Source of the DNA: the human T2T-CHM13v2.0 reference genome, Homo sapiens
Assembly (NCBI RefSeq): GCF_009914755.1
Contig: NC_060929.1
Strand: one strand, 5' to 3'
Length of the DNA: 64,000 nucleotides
Position 1 is the first letter of the stretch. The number at the start of each line of letters is the position of its first letter. A program made the translations under genes and the position numbers. Below are positions 16,812-30,317 of the stretch, in pieces. The notes beneath the pieces are model-generated. The model ran no database searches. It saw only the letters and a list, made by a program, of their open reading frames with translations, and had not been told where the DNA came from.

Positions 16812-17800
16812 ATGGGGAAAAACAGAGCAGAAAAACTGAAAATTCTAAAAATCAGAGCGCCTCTCCTCCTCCAGAGGAACGCAGCTCCTCACCAGCAATG
16901 GAACAAAGCTGGACAGAGAATGACTTTGACGAGTTGAGAGAAGAAGGCTTCAGATGATCAAACTTCTCCAAGCTAAAGGAGGAAGTTTGAACCCATTGCA
17001 AAGAAGTTAAAAACCTTGAAAAAAGATTACATGAAAAAAGATTACACAAATGGCTAACTAGAATAACCAATGCAGAGAAGTCCTTAAAGGACCTGATGGA
17101 GCTGAAAACCATGGCACGAGAACCACGTGATGAATGCACAAGCCTCAGTATCCGATTCGATCAACTGGAAGAAAGGGTATCAGTGATTGAAGATCGAAGG
17201 AGTGAAATGAAGCAAGAAGAGAAGTTTAGAGAAAAAAGAATAAAAAGAAATGAACAACGTCTCCAAGAAATATGGGACTATGTGAAAAGACCAAATCTAC
17301 ATCTGATTGGTGTACCTGAGAGTGATGGGGAGAATGGAACCAAGTTGGAAAACACTCTGCAGGGTATTATCCGGGAGAACTTCCCCAACCTAGCAAGGCA
17401 GGCCAACATTCAAATTCAGGAAATACAGAAAACACCACAAAGATACTCCTCGAGAAGAGCAACTCCAAGACACATAATTGTCAGATTCACCAAAGTTGAA
17501 ATGAAGGAAAAAATGTTAAGGGCAGCCAGAGAGAAAGGTCAGGTTACCCACAAGGGGAAGCCCATCAGACTAACAGCTGATCTCTTGGAAGAAACTCTAT
17601 AAGCCAGAAGAGAGTGGGGGCCAATATTCAATATTCTTAAAGAAAAGAATTTTCAACCCAGAATTTCATATCCAGCCAAACTAAGCTTCATAAGTGAAGG
17701 AGAAATAAAATCCTTTACAGACAAGCAAACACTGAGAGATTTTGTCACCACCAGGCCTGCCCTAAAAGAGCTCCTGAAGGAAGCACTAAACATGGAAAGG
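16812..17800 (+). pseudogene. L1 ORF1 (inverted, disrupted; last ~15 codons lie on the minus strand at 15900-15946)
   Basis: ATGGGGAAAAACAG has 5 A instead of 6 (frameshift); 168-aa piece with WDYVKRPNL, RRATPRHIIVRF, AAREKG; premature TAA ending at 17602. Confidence 0.92.
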
Positions 17801-17819
17801 ATATATTTTATTTTTCTTA

Positions 17820-18475
17820 AAGATGTGATTCCATTGTCTTTCAGATTGCATAGTTTCTGATGAGAAGTCTTTGAGAATTTTTACGTTTTTCTCTTCCATA
17901 TATGTAACTTGGATTATTTTTCTCTGGCTGCTTTAAATATTTTCTCTTTATCACTGTTTTTCAGCAGTTTGATTATCATATGCATTGGTATAGTTTTATT
18001 TGTATTTTCCTTGAGGTTTCTGGACCTTTTCGATCTGTGGGTCCGAGTTTTCATCAAATTTGGCACAATTTTGACCATTGTTTCTTCAAATACTTTTTCT
18101 GTCCCTGACACCATTCTTCTGCTTAATAGTTTCCTATAATCTATTGTGACTGTTTTAGTTATTACTTTTTCCTCTGTGCTTTATTTTTGTGTATTTTTTG
18201 CTATATTTTCAAGTTCACTTTGTTCTGCAAAGTGAATCTGCTGTTAAGTCTTTCCAATGAATTTTTCACTTCAGGTATTTTATTTTTCATGCTAGAAGTT
18301 CCATTTGACCGTATATCATCTGTATCTCTTCTCAGTATGTTTATGGCTTCTTTTAACTGTTTGAACATAGTTATACTAGCTGACAAATCTGTGTCTACTA
18401 ACTCCATTATCTGTGTCACTGCTGAAAGGTTTTTTTTTTTTTTTTTCTTGACTGATTTTTCTCCTAGTTTTGGGT
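17820..18475 (-). mobile_element. Old L1M ORF1 fragment
   Basis: Peptides IPMHMIIKLLKNSDKEKIFKAAREK and MTQIMELVDTD...ITMFKQLKE are ORF1p-like. Confidence 0.75.
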
Positions 18476-19862
18476 AACATCATTGCTGGAGCAGAATGAG
18501 CTACTTATTTTAGTTTATTTTTGATAGGGATATAAGCTCCATGAAGATAGGGCCTTATCTGTCTTATTCCCTGCTAAATCCCCAACTCCTGGAATAGGGA
18601 TTAAGTAAGTTTATCTGCCATGTCAGTGGCAAAGCTGGAGCTGAAAATCCAGCTAGGGTTCTGTGGATGGTTAAAACCTGAGATGTGCATATATTAACCA
18701 AGGACTCATTCTGGTCTGAGAAAATATCTCTTATTTATTTGCCTTTAATTTTGTCCTCTCTGTCCCTTCCCATGCCCACCATTATGTCTTCTATGATCTA
18801 TCATTTATAGAAAAAACTCTAGACATGCCTCTTTTGTTTTTTGTCCTAGAAAATAAGTTGAAGAAGCAAACAACAGTTTGGCCACTAGCTTGTTACTTGG
18901 GGAGGGTGAGGAAATACAGAGAGAACAAATCAAATGAACATTTGTAGAAATTATTCTGATTTATACACACATACATATGTCTGGTTAGTTCTATAATATA
19001 GAGTCCTAGAAGTGGGATTGTAGGGTCTTGCCAAAGTGCTGTCTAGTATATAGAGAATATTTGGGTTGAACATTAGCCAGATTTTCCAGATAAGAAGTTA
19101 AATGGAGAGTTCTACAACACAGTGATGGTTTATTTTGGTTCCCTCCTTAAGTCTATACTCATTCAACAGCAAGTGCTCTGTCAGCATCTAAAAACCCTAG
19201 GTGTTGCCACATTATCGAATCCAAAGTTGCACTTGTTTATTGAGTTCCAATAGCATCCAGTCTTCACCAACCCTCTGATCAGTCCATGGTTGGAGGAGTA
19301 GTTCAAAAGACATGACATGAAGAGCAGAAAAAAGGAATCTGTTGTACATTTATTAGACTCATCCATTTCATCCCTCTTAATAATTTCTTGTTTCTATTCC
19401 AAAGCAGTATCTTGATATGAGTGCATTAGATTTAGGTGCAGAAGCCTTTTGTCATTTACAGAAATACAATACATCATAGGCAGGAGAAAAACAAAACCCA
19501 AGACAAAAACAATGAAAAGATGTTAGCTCTGTGTTTTTTTCCATGACACTAAAATTATATTTATTATGGGTTTCAGTGTATAATAGCATTTGATCACTGG
19601 TCAAGCATATGCTTTCTTTCTTTTACATCTTTCCCAATTTTAATAATTAATATTTAATTACAAAAGTTTACTATGACATTACTTATTGAAAGTTTCACTG
19701 AAGTGGTGAACTTTTTAAATTTATAATTGATTAATATGTATTAAGGATATTGCTATGGACTAAATGTGTCCCCCCAGAATTTATATGCTGAAACCCTGAC
19801 CCCTATTGGAATAGTATTAGGGGATAGGGACTTTTGGAAGTAATTAAGTTTATATGAGGTAA

Positions 19863-22149
19863 TGTATTAGTGAATTTTCATACTTCTGATAAAGACTTAC
19901 CTGGGACTGAGAAGAAAAAGGGGTTTAATTGGACTTACAGTTCCACATGACTGGGGAGGCCTCAGAACCATGGCAGGAGTTGAAAGGCACTTCTTACATG
20001 GTGGCAGCAAGAGAAAATGAGGAAGAAGCAAAAGCGGAAACTCCTGATAAACCCATCAGATCTCATGAGACTTACTCACTATAAAAAGAACAGTATGGTA
20101 GAAACTGCCCCGATGATTCAAATTATCTCCCATTGGATCCCTCCCACAACATGTGGGAATTATGGGAGTACAATTCAAGATGAGATTTGGGTGGGGACAT
20201 AGAGCCAAACGATATCATCCCACCCTGGCCCCTCCAAATCTCATGTCCTCACATCTCAAAATGAATCATGCATTCCCAACAGTTCCCCAAAGTCTTAACT
20301 CATTTCAGCATTAACCCCAAAGTCCACAGTCCAAAGTCTTATCTGAAACAAGGCAAGTCCCTTCTGCCTATGAGCCTGTAGAATCAAAAGCAAGCTAGTT
20401 ACTCCCTAGACACAATGAGGATACAGGTATTAGGTAAACACACCCATTCCAAATGGGAGAAATTGGCCAAAACAAAGGGGTTACAGTGCCCATGAAAGTC
20501 CAAAATCCAGTGGGACAGTCAAATTTTAAAGCTCCAAAATGTTCTTCGTTGACTCCATGTCTCACATCTAGGTCATGCTGATGGAAGAGGTAGGTTCCCA
20601 TAGTCTTGGGCAGCTGCACCCCTGTGGCTTTGCAGGGTATAGCCCCCTTCCTGGCTACTTTCATAGGCTGGCGTTGAGTGTCTGCAGCTCTTCCAGGTAT
20701 GCGGTGCAAGCTGTCGGTGGATCTACTATTCTGGGGTCTGGAAGACAGTGGTCCTCATCTCACAGCTCCAATAGGCAGTGCTCCAATAGGGTCTCTCTGT
20801 GGGGGCTCCAATGCCACATTTCCCTTCTGCACTACCGTAGCAGAGGTTCTCCATGAGGGCCCTGCCCCTGCAGCAAACTTTTGCCTGGGCATCCAGGCAT
20901 TTCCATACATCATCTGAAATCTAGGGGGAGGTTCCCAAACCTCAATCCTTGACTTTTGTGTACCCGTAGGCTCAATACCACATATAAGCTGGCAAGGACT
21001 GGGGCTTCCACCCTCTGAAGCCATAGCCCAAGCTGTACATTGGCCTCTTTCAGCCATGGTGGGAGCAGCTTGGACACAAGGTACCAAGTCCCTAGGCTGC
21101 ATATAGCATGGGGACACTGGGCCTGGCCCATAAAACCACTTTTTCCTTCTGGGCCTCTGGGCCTGTGATGGGAGGGGCTGCCATGAAGGTCTCTGAGAAG
21201 CCCTGGAGACATTTTCCCCATGGTCTTGGGGATTAACATTAGGCTCCTTGCTACTTATGTAAATTTCTGTAGCTGGCTTGAATTTCTTCTCAGAAAATGG
21301 GTTTTCCTTTTCCACTGCATCGTCAGACTGCAAATTTTCTGAACTTTTATGTTCTGTTTCCCTTTTAAAATGAAATGCTTTTAACAGCAGCCAAGTCACC
21401 TTTTGAATGCTTTACTGCTTAGAAATTTCTTCCCCAGACACCTTAAATCATTTCTCTCGAGTTCAAAGTTCCACAAATCTCTAGGGCAGGGGTAAAATGC
21501 CACCAGCCTCTTTGCCAAAACATAGGAAGAGTTACTTTTGCTCCAGTTCCCAACAAGCTCCTCATCTCCATCTGAGACCATCTCAGCCTGGACCTTATTG
21601 TCCATATTACTATCAGCATTTTTGTCAAAGCCATTCAACAAATCTCTAGGAAGTTCCAAACCTTCCCCCATTTTCCTGTCTTCTTCTGATCCTTCCAAAC
21701 TGTTCCAACCTTTGCCTGTTACCCAGTTCCAATGTCACTTCCACATTTTCGGGTATCTGTTCAGCAATGCCCCACTCTACTGGTACCAAATTACTATATT
21801 AGTCTATTTTCACACTGCTGATAAAGACATACCTAAGACTGGGAAGAAAAAGAAGTTTAATTGGACTTACAGTTCCACATGGCTGGGGAGGCCTCAGAAT
21901 CATGGCAGGAGGTGAAAGGCACTTCTTACATGGTGGCAGCAAGAGAAAATGAGGAAGAAGCAAAAGTGGAAACCCCTGATAAACCCATCAGATCTCGTGA
22001 GACTTATTCACTATCACAAGAACAGTATGGAGGAAACTGCCCCTATGATTCAAATTATCTTCCTCCAGGTCCCTCCCACAATACATGGGAATTATGGGAG
22101 TACAATTCAAGATGACATTTGGGTGGGAATGTAGAGCCAAACCATATCA
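19863..22149 (-). mobile_element. Complete THE1A provirus (LTR 19863-20217, internal 20218-21794, LTR 21795-22149)
   Basis: Two 355-bp LTRs, perfect 5-bp TSD GGTAA (19858-19862, 22150-22154), THE1A-type gggaagaaaaagaagtttaattggacttacag, remnants of the MaLR ORF. Confidence 0.95.
20395..21698 (-). pseudogene. THE1/MaLR internal ORF remnant (frameshifted)
   Basis: ORF-track pieces EGSEEDRKM..LELPRDLLNGFD..VSDGDEELVGNWSK..CPRDLWNFELE and the 214-aa ORF 20755-21399. Confidence 0.8.
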
Positions 22150-22604
22150 GGTAATGAGGGTGCTGCCCTCATGATGGGATTAGTGCCTTTAGAAAAAAAG
22201 AAAGAGACTAGAGCTTTGTCTTTCTCTGCTTTGGAAGATAGAATGAGATGATGGCATCTGCATAACAGGAAGAACACCCTCATTCTAGACACCAGATCTG
22301 TCAGCACCTTGATCTTCGACTTCCCAGCCCCCAGAACTATGAGAAATAAACATTGGTTGTTCAAGTCACCCAGTCTGTACTCTTTTGTTAGAGTAGCCCA
22401 ATCTGAGACACGTATAACATAGAGCTAGATGGTTTTACAATGTTATTTTTAGCATTCTGCCTACATCTGTTTCTTCTTCTTTCTTCTCTGATTATATAAT
22501 TGTTAAATCCACTGTTTAATCGCCTAAGCTTTAAAACTCTAAGTCATATTCAATTTTTCACTCTTCCCCCTAACTGCTATCCATTGTGTTTCTTCCATAA
22601 TATC

Positions 22605-23085
22605 TATATTAATTTTCTATTGCTATGATAACAAATTATTATAAACCTGGTGGCTCAGTACAGTGCAAATTTATTGTCCTGTAGTTCTGGAGGTCACAAG
22701 TCCAAAATGGGTTTCGCGGAAATAAAATCAAGGTGTTGCTGGGGCTACATTTCTTCTTGAAGCTCTGAAAGTATTCCTTTCCTTGCCTCTTTTCTCTCCT
22801 AGAAGTTACCTGCATTCCTTGGCTCATGGCCCCCGTCTTCAAAGCCAGCAATGCAAGATTGAATCTTTCTCACCTTACGTCACTCTACCACAGACCCTTC
22901 TGCCTTCCTCTTCCACATTTAAGGAGTCCTGTCATTACATTGGGCCCATCAAGAAAATCCAGGATAATTTCTTTATTTTAATGTCATCTTATTAGCAACC
23001 TTAATTTCATCTGCAACACTCTCTTTTCAGATTCCAGGATTTAGGACATGGATCCCTTTGGGGGACCATTATTCTGCTTACCACA
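22605..23085 (-). mobile_element. MLT1D-like solo LTR
   Basis: attgctatgataacaaatta...gttctggaggtcacaagtccaaaatgggttt...gggaccattattctgcttaccaca; TSD atatc/atacc. Confidence 0.85.
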
Positions 23086-23462
23086 ATACCTATCATATGT
23101 ATTTCTTCTTTTATTATAACTATGTGACTCTTTTATTTCAGGCCCACTTAGTAAGATCATCACAGTAACTTTTGACTTTCTTCTCTGCCTTTAGTTTCTT
23201 ATCTCTCTGACATTCTAATCTCTGGTGGCTAACTCCATAAAGGCAAGTATAGATTGGTAAATCTCTTCTCAAAAAGCTTCATTAGCAGCCTCTTCAGTAA
23301 GGCAGTGCTCACCAAGCTCTTTTAATTGTGCAACCCATCAGCACAAATTTGTTTGTATACTAATATGTTTTTATTTAGTTATTTATGTTCCTATACCATT
23401 GTACTAATATATTTTAAACTTATACATAAAACAAATTCAAAAAGATGAGCAAAAGATGAAAC

Positions 23463-23531
23463 AAACAAGATATTAAGAGATTAAAATTTTTATCTCAAGG
23501 ACAAAAATTTTAATCTCTTAATATCTTGTTT
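23463..23531. repeat. Perfect 29-bp inverted repeat with 11-nt spacer
   Basis: aaacaagatattaagagattaaaattttt (23463-23491) / aaaaattttaatctcttaatatcttgttt (23503-23531). Confidence 0.97.
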
Positions 23532-23594
23532 ACATATGTAACTAACCTGCACATTGTGCACATGTACCCTAAAACTTAAAGTATAATAAAAAAA
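23531..23594 (+). mobile_element. Extremely 5'-truncated young L1 (L1PA2/3-like) 3' tip
   Basis: tacatatgtaactaacctgcacattgtgcacatgtaccctaaaacttaaagtataataaaaaaa; TSD agattaaaattttta at 23478-23492 and 23594-23608. Confidence 0.92.
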
Positions 23595-24625
23595 GATTAA
23601 AATTTTTAAATCTATAATTCAGTTAATGTTTTCCATGATAGTGTCATGAAGTTATATATGATTATATTATAAAAATCCTAGCTTAACATTTTGATTTAAT
23701 AAATTGAATATTTTGGAGTTAACTCCAAATTATTTGCTGTAAGTGTTATAATTTTAGAAGTTCCCTCAGAAAATACATATGAGAGAATATATTGTTAATG
23801 CAACAAATCATGACACTCAATTTTGAATGTTTTGCCAGTTATGTGAAAATTTTTTCTTTTTTGGCTGAAATTTGACACCTAAATTTCTGCCTTCCTTAAC
23901 AGGTTTTCTTGCAAATTAATTATTCAAGTGTTACATATTAATAAACACTTCAAACCATCTGAAACTCTTCATTTAGAAGAGTTCTAAAGACTAGAAAAAT
24001 TCATTTCTAAATTTAAGCTTGGTGACATTTTTTTGAATACATCATATACTTAAGTCATTTTTAGTAACAATTTTTTTTTAAAAGTGGAAGAAGTTTTCCA
24101 AACACTTATATTCTAAATGTTCTCTCCGTAGCTTTTTTTCTATCCCAAAAGCTGTACTTTCTTTTTTTTTTTTACTTTCTTAGGTATGAAAATATTTATA
24201 TTTACCAGGAAGAGGCAGATAAGGCATATGTGAGAATAATCTATTGTTATCCTAGAAAATACTTGCAAATTTGAAATATAGTTTCTATAGAAGTAAAACA
24301 TATAACTCATCTTTAATTTGACAACTGTATAACTCCTTTAAGTATGCTCCTTTCAGATAACCAACAAACATCTGGGTGATACGTAAGATGTTCTTGATGA
24401 GTCTTCATGTTATTATTTAAAGTATGTAAGAATGCTACTAATTAAAATTACCCATGTCAATAACTTCTGAAGGTGGCTATGTAAGGGCTGAAAGTGAAAG
24501 CCAGGTTCAGAGAAATGGCCCCCTCTCTCAAGATTCCTTATATGTATCCGTTGGTGATTCACGTCCATCTGACTTATATGTCAAATAAAAAGCCATTTCA
24601 ATTTTTATATTTCAAAAACTTAGGT

Positions 24626-25090
24626 AATGAAATACTGTCGTTTTCAGCAACATGGATGAAACTGGATGTTACTAGGTTAAGAGAAATAATCCATGCACAG
24701 AAGAACAAATATTGCATGTTCTCACTCATATACAGGAGCTGAAAGAATTGATCTCATGAAGTAGGGAGTAGAATGATAATTACCAGAGTCTGGGAAGCGC
24801 TGGGGGATTAGGGGATTGAAGAGAGGTTGGTTAATAGATACAAACATTCAGTTAGATAGAAGGAATTAGGTCTAGTGTTTGATAGTACAGTAAGATGATT
24901 AGAGTTAACAATATATTACATATTTCAAAATAGCTAGAAGATGTGAAACATTTAAAACACAAATGGTAAATGTTCAAGATGACAGATGTCTTAAATACCC
25001 TGATTTGACCATTACATATGTGTGCGGGTATCAAAATATCACATGTAACCCCAAAATATGTACTAATATTATGTGTCAATGAAAAAAGAA
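24626..25090 (+). mobile_element. L1MA(5-9)-type 3' end
   Basis: ORF2 tail NEILSFSATWMKLD...KYCMFSL, then L1MA 3'UTR (atttcaaaatagctagaaga, atcacatgtaacccc) and A-rich tail. Confidence 0.85.
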
Positions 25091-26764
25091 CAATGAAACT
25101 AGATGCTTTTGACATGTTCTTCCTATGTCGACAGATTGGTTATTTTTTAAGCCCCAATTTTTAGAACTGTGTGCTAGGATATAAAACTCATGCTGTTGTA
25201 ATAGAATTCAGATCTCATTTCAATTTGATGACTCACCTGTGATTTTTCTACCCTGTACATTGCCTTGTGTTACTCACTCTACATAGACTACCGTTCTCTC
25301 TTCTTTCTTTAATTTTACTTTATCTGTTTCTCAAAATTCATGCATCTTTCAAGCCACAGGACCTGCCTTATTGCAGCTGCACAGCAAATGCTGGCCGAAT
25401 CAAAGGCCTTCTGTTTGTCTTTTGGTGTAATTTTCCTAACTTGTAATTACATAGCCATTTATTTGCTGACCTGCTTGTTTGTCTCACTGACAAAAATTCA
25501 CAAAGATATATAGGGATTGTGGCAGCTTTACTAACCATCAAATAAATATTTGCACCTTAGTCAGTTACTTGTACAAAGTAGGTGCTTTGTAACTACCTAT
25601 CAGTGAATAAAGGTTATATAATTATGAAGCCTTCACTGATATTTCATACCAACTATCCATAATTAATATTTTCCTTTTCTGTTTTTTAGGATTTGTACTT
25701 TGTATAAACTAGATACCCAATAACTACTGAGTTAGAAAAAGATGCAATAAGTGACTCAGGCTTTTTTATTGTTTGCTTTTTGTTTTGTGGTTAGATCCGA
25801 ACCAGCAGTAAAGGTACAAGTGGAGTGTTGATTGCTAGAGTGCTATATAGTTGAGATGGAAAGTTATTTGGAAGGGTGCCTGATGCTGAACATCAAACCT
25901 TTAGTTGTTCAGTTACGGAAGTCATGTCTGTATATGCCATTTCACAGCATTGTGCAAATTGCTTATGACTGTACCCAGTAGAAGGATATTCAACCCTAGC
26001 CAATTGCAGCAGTTTAAAAACAAACTCCAGAGCCCAATATCACAACTGTTTTCTTCCTTTTTGATCTTACCTCATTTGGGGGACAGGGTAAGGGTGGCAT
26101 AATGTGCCGAAATCTGTCAATACTTTGTGTTTCTCATTCATTAAAACCTTCAGATCTGTTTTCCTAGAGGCTCCATTTACCAGGGAGGGCGAGGAGAAAA
26201 ATACTAAACAGGTGTTCTTGACTTGAAAAACAGCAATTTCAAGCAACTCACAAGGGGAGAAGTTGGAAATTTTCAGATTCAGAAGTTGTCACAGGGAGAT
26301 AAATTTGGGTTACATATTCGTCTCTTGTAAACAGACTTTCTTTAACATAAATTTGTGCAGTGCATGAGACACCTGATTTTTCTGGCGGCAGACATGCTTC
26401 ATGGAACAATTGTGCTGCAGAGAGAAAGTGAATATTTTCCCAGCCTTCTTCCAAACGCACAAGTATGAGCTGAAGGAATAGTATGCTGAGCTGCTAATAC
26501 GGAATGCCAGCTTCCCCTAGGAAGAAAAATATCTATAGGAAAAAATATCTCTGGTAAATAATGGGTTTGATTGATGGGAAGTGCCTGAATTTTGAGCAGT
26601 CTAAATCAACTTTAAATGTTTCTATAATGCCATCAGATTATTTGTCAGGTAAACAACCTAGTACATTAAGTATCTTATACAAAAGGACTGGGCAGTACTG
26701 TGTTCTTCTCTGAAGCAGCATCTATCTGAGGCAAGGAGAAAGTTTGAAGAGCTATTTTCTATAA

Positions 26765-26953
26765 AAGTTTTCCTCAAAATGTGGTCCACAGGGCAGTAAC
26801 TTTAGTGTCACTTAGTAGCTTGTTAGAAATGCATATCCTTGGGCTCCACCTCAGAAGTACTGAATCAGAATCTCTGAGAGTGGGGTCCAGCAATCAATGG
26901 TTTTACAAGTACTCCAGGTGATTCTGATGTATGCTAAAGTGGGAAAACCATTG
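26765..26953. mobile_element. MER5A (hAT-Charlie MITE)
   Basis: ctcaaaatgtggtcc...cttgttagaaatgca...actgaatcagaatctctg...aaaaccattg; 8-bp TSD ttctataa/ttctacag. Confidence 0.85.
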
Positions 26954-26964
26954 TTCTACAGAAA

Positions 26965-27090
26965 TTCAATTCATTACTTCATTCAACAAATATTTACTGA
27001 GTATCTAATAAGTTTTAGGCACTGATAATACAGCAATATGAACAAACACCCAAACTCTTGCTCTCTTACAACTTATATTCTCATGGACAA
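26965..27090 (-). mobile_element. L2 3' end
   Basis: ttcattcaacaaatatttactgagtatcta...aggcactg. Confidence 0.7.
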
Positions 27091-27677
27091 TGTGGAAAAG
27101 TCAAAGGAAATAAGAAATTCATTGGCTGGAATATACTATTTTTGGCCCTGCAAGATGCTCTTTTCAGTTACTACGATGTTAGAGGTAGGCTGTTGTCAAA
27201 AGTTTCAAGGTAAGCCTTTTGTAACTGAACCAGATTTATTTCATTTGAAAATGTAAATTACGTTTCCTGTCATGGCCATCTCTCCTGGGACTATTTTCGA
27301 CATTTCTACTTAATACTCATATACAAACGGGTAGTTGATCTACATATACTTGTTCTCCAAAATAATTTGTCATCTTTCTGTGCTTGACACTGTAGGCATT
27401 GGAAATGCACTGATTGACATGATCCTTGGTATCTGGGCTCTTATTCTGTGGAGGAATATCATTGAACCACATGATATCAAGGACATACAACTAACAGTCA
27501 ACAACAGATGGCTCAGATTATTAAATAAGTGTAAATAAACATTTTTATAAAGCACTGGAGGAAGAGTGGGTCCTGAGCATTGGGTATTAGGTAGGCTGGA
27601 ATCAATAGGAAATAACCATCTTTCTTCTAGCTAGTCATTTATTCAAATGCTATTTTTTCCAACTTTGAAAATGTTCA

Positions 27678-28545
<868 letters not shown>

Positions 28546-28549
28546 TGGA

Positions 28550-28870
28550 TTTCATTCAGTAAATGTTTGACTACCTATAATGTGCCAGATACAGTGTGGT
28601 AAGCAAGATGGACAAAGCCTTACTCTCATGAAGTTCAAACTATATTTGGGAAAAACACACTTTAAATAAACATATTATAAACCTGTAGAAAGACAAATTC
28701 TTCTATGGTAAGTGCTATAATTAAAATTAAACAAGATGATGTGACAGTGAGTTAGTGACAGTTGATGGCGTAGGAGATGACCAAGCAAGACCTCATTGTG
28801 GAAATGATACTTAAGGTTTGACCTGGATGGAAATGGCAGGAATTGGGTGTTAGCAATGAAGAAAATTAAT
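28550..28870 (-). mobile_element. L2 3' region
   Basis: ttcattcagtaaatgtttgactacctataatgtgccagatacagtg...ctctcatgaagttcaaact. Confidence 0.65.
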
Positions 28871-29090
28871 TTGCTAAACCCATTGACTAATGCAAACACT
28901 TCTTAGAAGTTGTTGAATTTCATGAGTTATTTGAATGAAAGAAGGGAGAGCTTGGGAAGTACTAACTTAGAAATTTTAGGAGAATCATCATGTGAGCCAT
29001 CAGACAAGGGTTGGTGGGAAGAGTTTTGACCAATTAGGTAAAAATTCCAGTGAGTTGTGAAGCCATTCCCTTTGGCTACTCACTGTACAC

Positions 29091-29830
29091 ATATCCATCT
29101 ACATACAAAATACACATCTAATAGAATGGATCTAGTCCATGAGTAATTTCTCAGCCAACATTTGACATATCCCATGGGAGAGGTTTTGACACCTGTCAGA
29201 AAGATCTGGGTGGGTGCAGTGCTATCAACACAGTGGACAAAAAGGAGAAATTTTCAAAAAGTAACCAAGAGGTATAGTTAGAAATTTACCCAGTATAATT
29301 GATCACCTTTATCCTCATAAGTTGTTAAAATGCCATACAGAACTTTTTTGGGAGTTGCCTGCCAGAAACATCCAGTCTCCCACTGTGGGAAGTTGGGGAA
29401 GTGGAATTAATCTCAGTTCTTTTGCCATATTTATCATCTTTCTTATCTCTTCAAAATACATGGCCTCCTATTCAGGTGTATTTTTATGAGTTGCAGGAAT
29501 TCACTTTGGTTGCATGTATGGATGTGACATTCTTAAGCACATGCAAATAAAAGTCAGTAGTGAAACGTGTTGTGAACAGAGAGGGGAACTGAAGAAGATT
29601 CCTTTTAAAATAATGTTCACTTTGTTCCTTGGCAGAAAAACAATAAAAACTGTATATTCGAGGGCACTTGTATGCTATAATACTGTGGTGGATAATTGTG
29701 ACAGATGAAATACCCACCTACACGCATAGTATACATTTAATAGGAGGTATCTAGTCCATGGGTAATTTCTCAGCCAGCATTTGACATAGTCTTTGGGAGA
29801 AGTTTTAGACACCTGTCAGAAATATCAGAG
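29091..29830 (+). repeat. Diverged ~120-bp direct repeat pair (29091-29210 and 29710-29830)
   Basis: Shared atctagtccatgRgtaatttctcagccaRcatttgacata and gacacctgtcagaaa at an offset of ~619 bp. Confidence 0.9.
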
Positions 29831-30317
29831 GAAATGCTGTTTCTGGAAGTTGACAGTGAGGAAGCCGACTGAATTCTGGCCATTGAGAAGAGCATACTCA
29901 GGGAGAGAAATACATTGGAGCACGTGACGTTCCTCATAACTGTTTTCCATAGCTGCTCTTCACATTAGGCCTCAGTCTGCCCATCTGTGAAACCAATCTG
30001 TGAAATGTGTTTATTGAAAATGCTTGATATGTTGGTGTGTCAAGAAAGACAACTCAAAAAGGAGACGTTTACCAGTTATGTAGCATTTGTAGGGATTTTT
30101 AATCAATTCTTATGGTTCTGTGCAGATTGGTTTCTGTTTTTCATTTATGTGTTTCATGGTAAAATGGTGTGTGTGTGTGTCTGTGTTTGTGTGTGTGTAC
30201 GCATGCACTTTGCTTACTCAAGTAAAAAGGATAAATCAATTTTTTCATTATAGTACAAACACATTTCGGGAAAATTAGTAGTTAATTTGCATACTTTCAA
30301 AAGGCTATGGTCCAGAG

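Larger units (their letters stand above)
19751..22410 (+). mobile_element. MLT1A-type LTR split by THE1A (pieces 19751-19862 and 22150-22410)
   Basis: tgctatggactaaatgtgtccccc...tgaggtaa|...|tgagggtgctgccctcatgatgggattagtgcc...gacttcccagcccccagaactatgagaaataaa...gagaca. Confidence 0.85.
23303..25170. mobile_element. Probable hAT-Charlie DNA transposon remnant hosting two L1 inserts
   Basis: Starts cagtgctcaccaagc, ends ...tttagaactgtg; very AT-rich interior; family not resolved. Confidence 0.35.

Noticed and set aside
19945-21895. PRDM9 hotspot motif in the THE1A LTRs
   Set aside because: The LTRs read CCTCCCCAGTCAT and CCTCCCCAGCCAT on the minus strand; neither matches CCNCCNTNNCCNC
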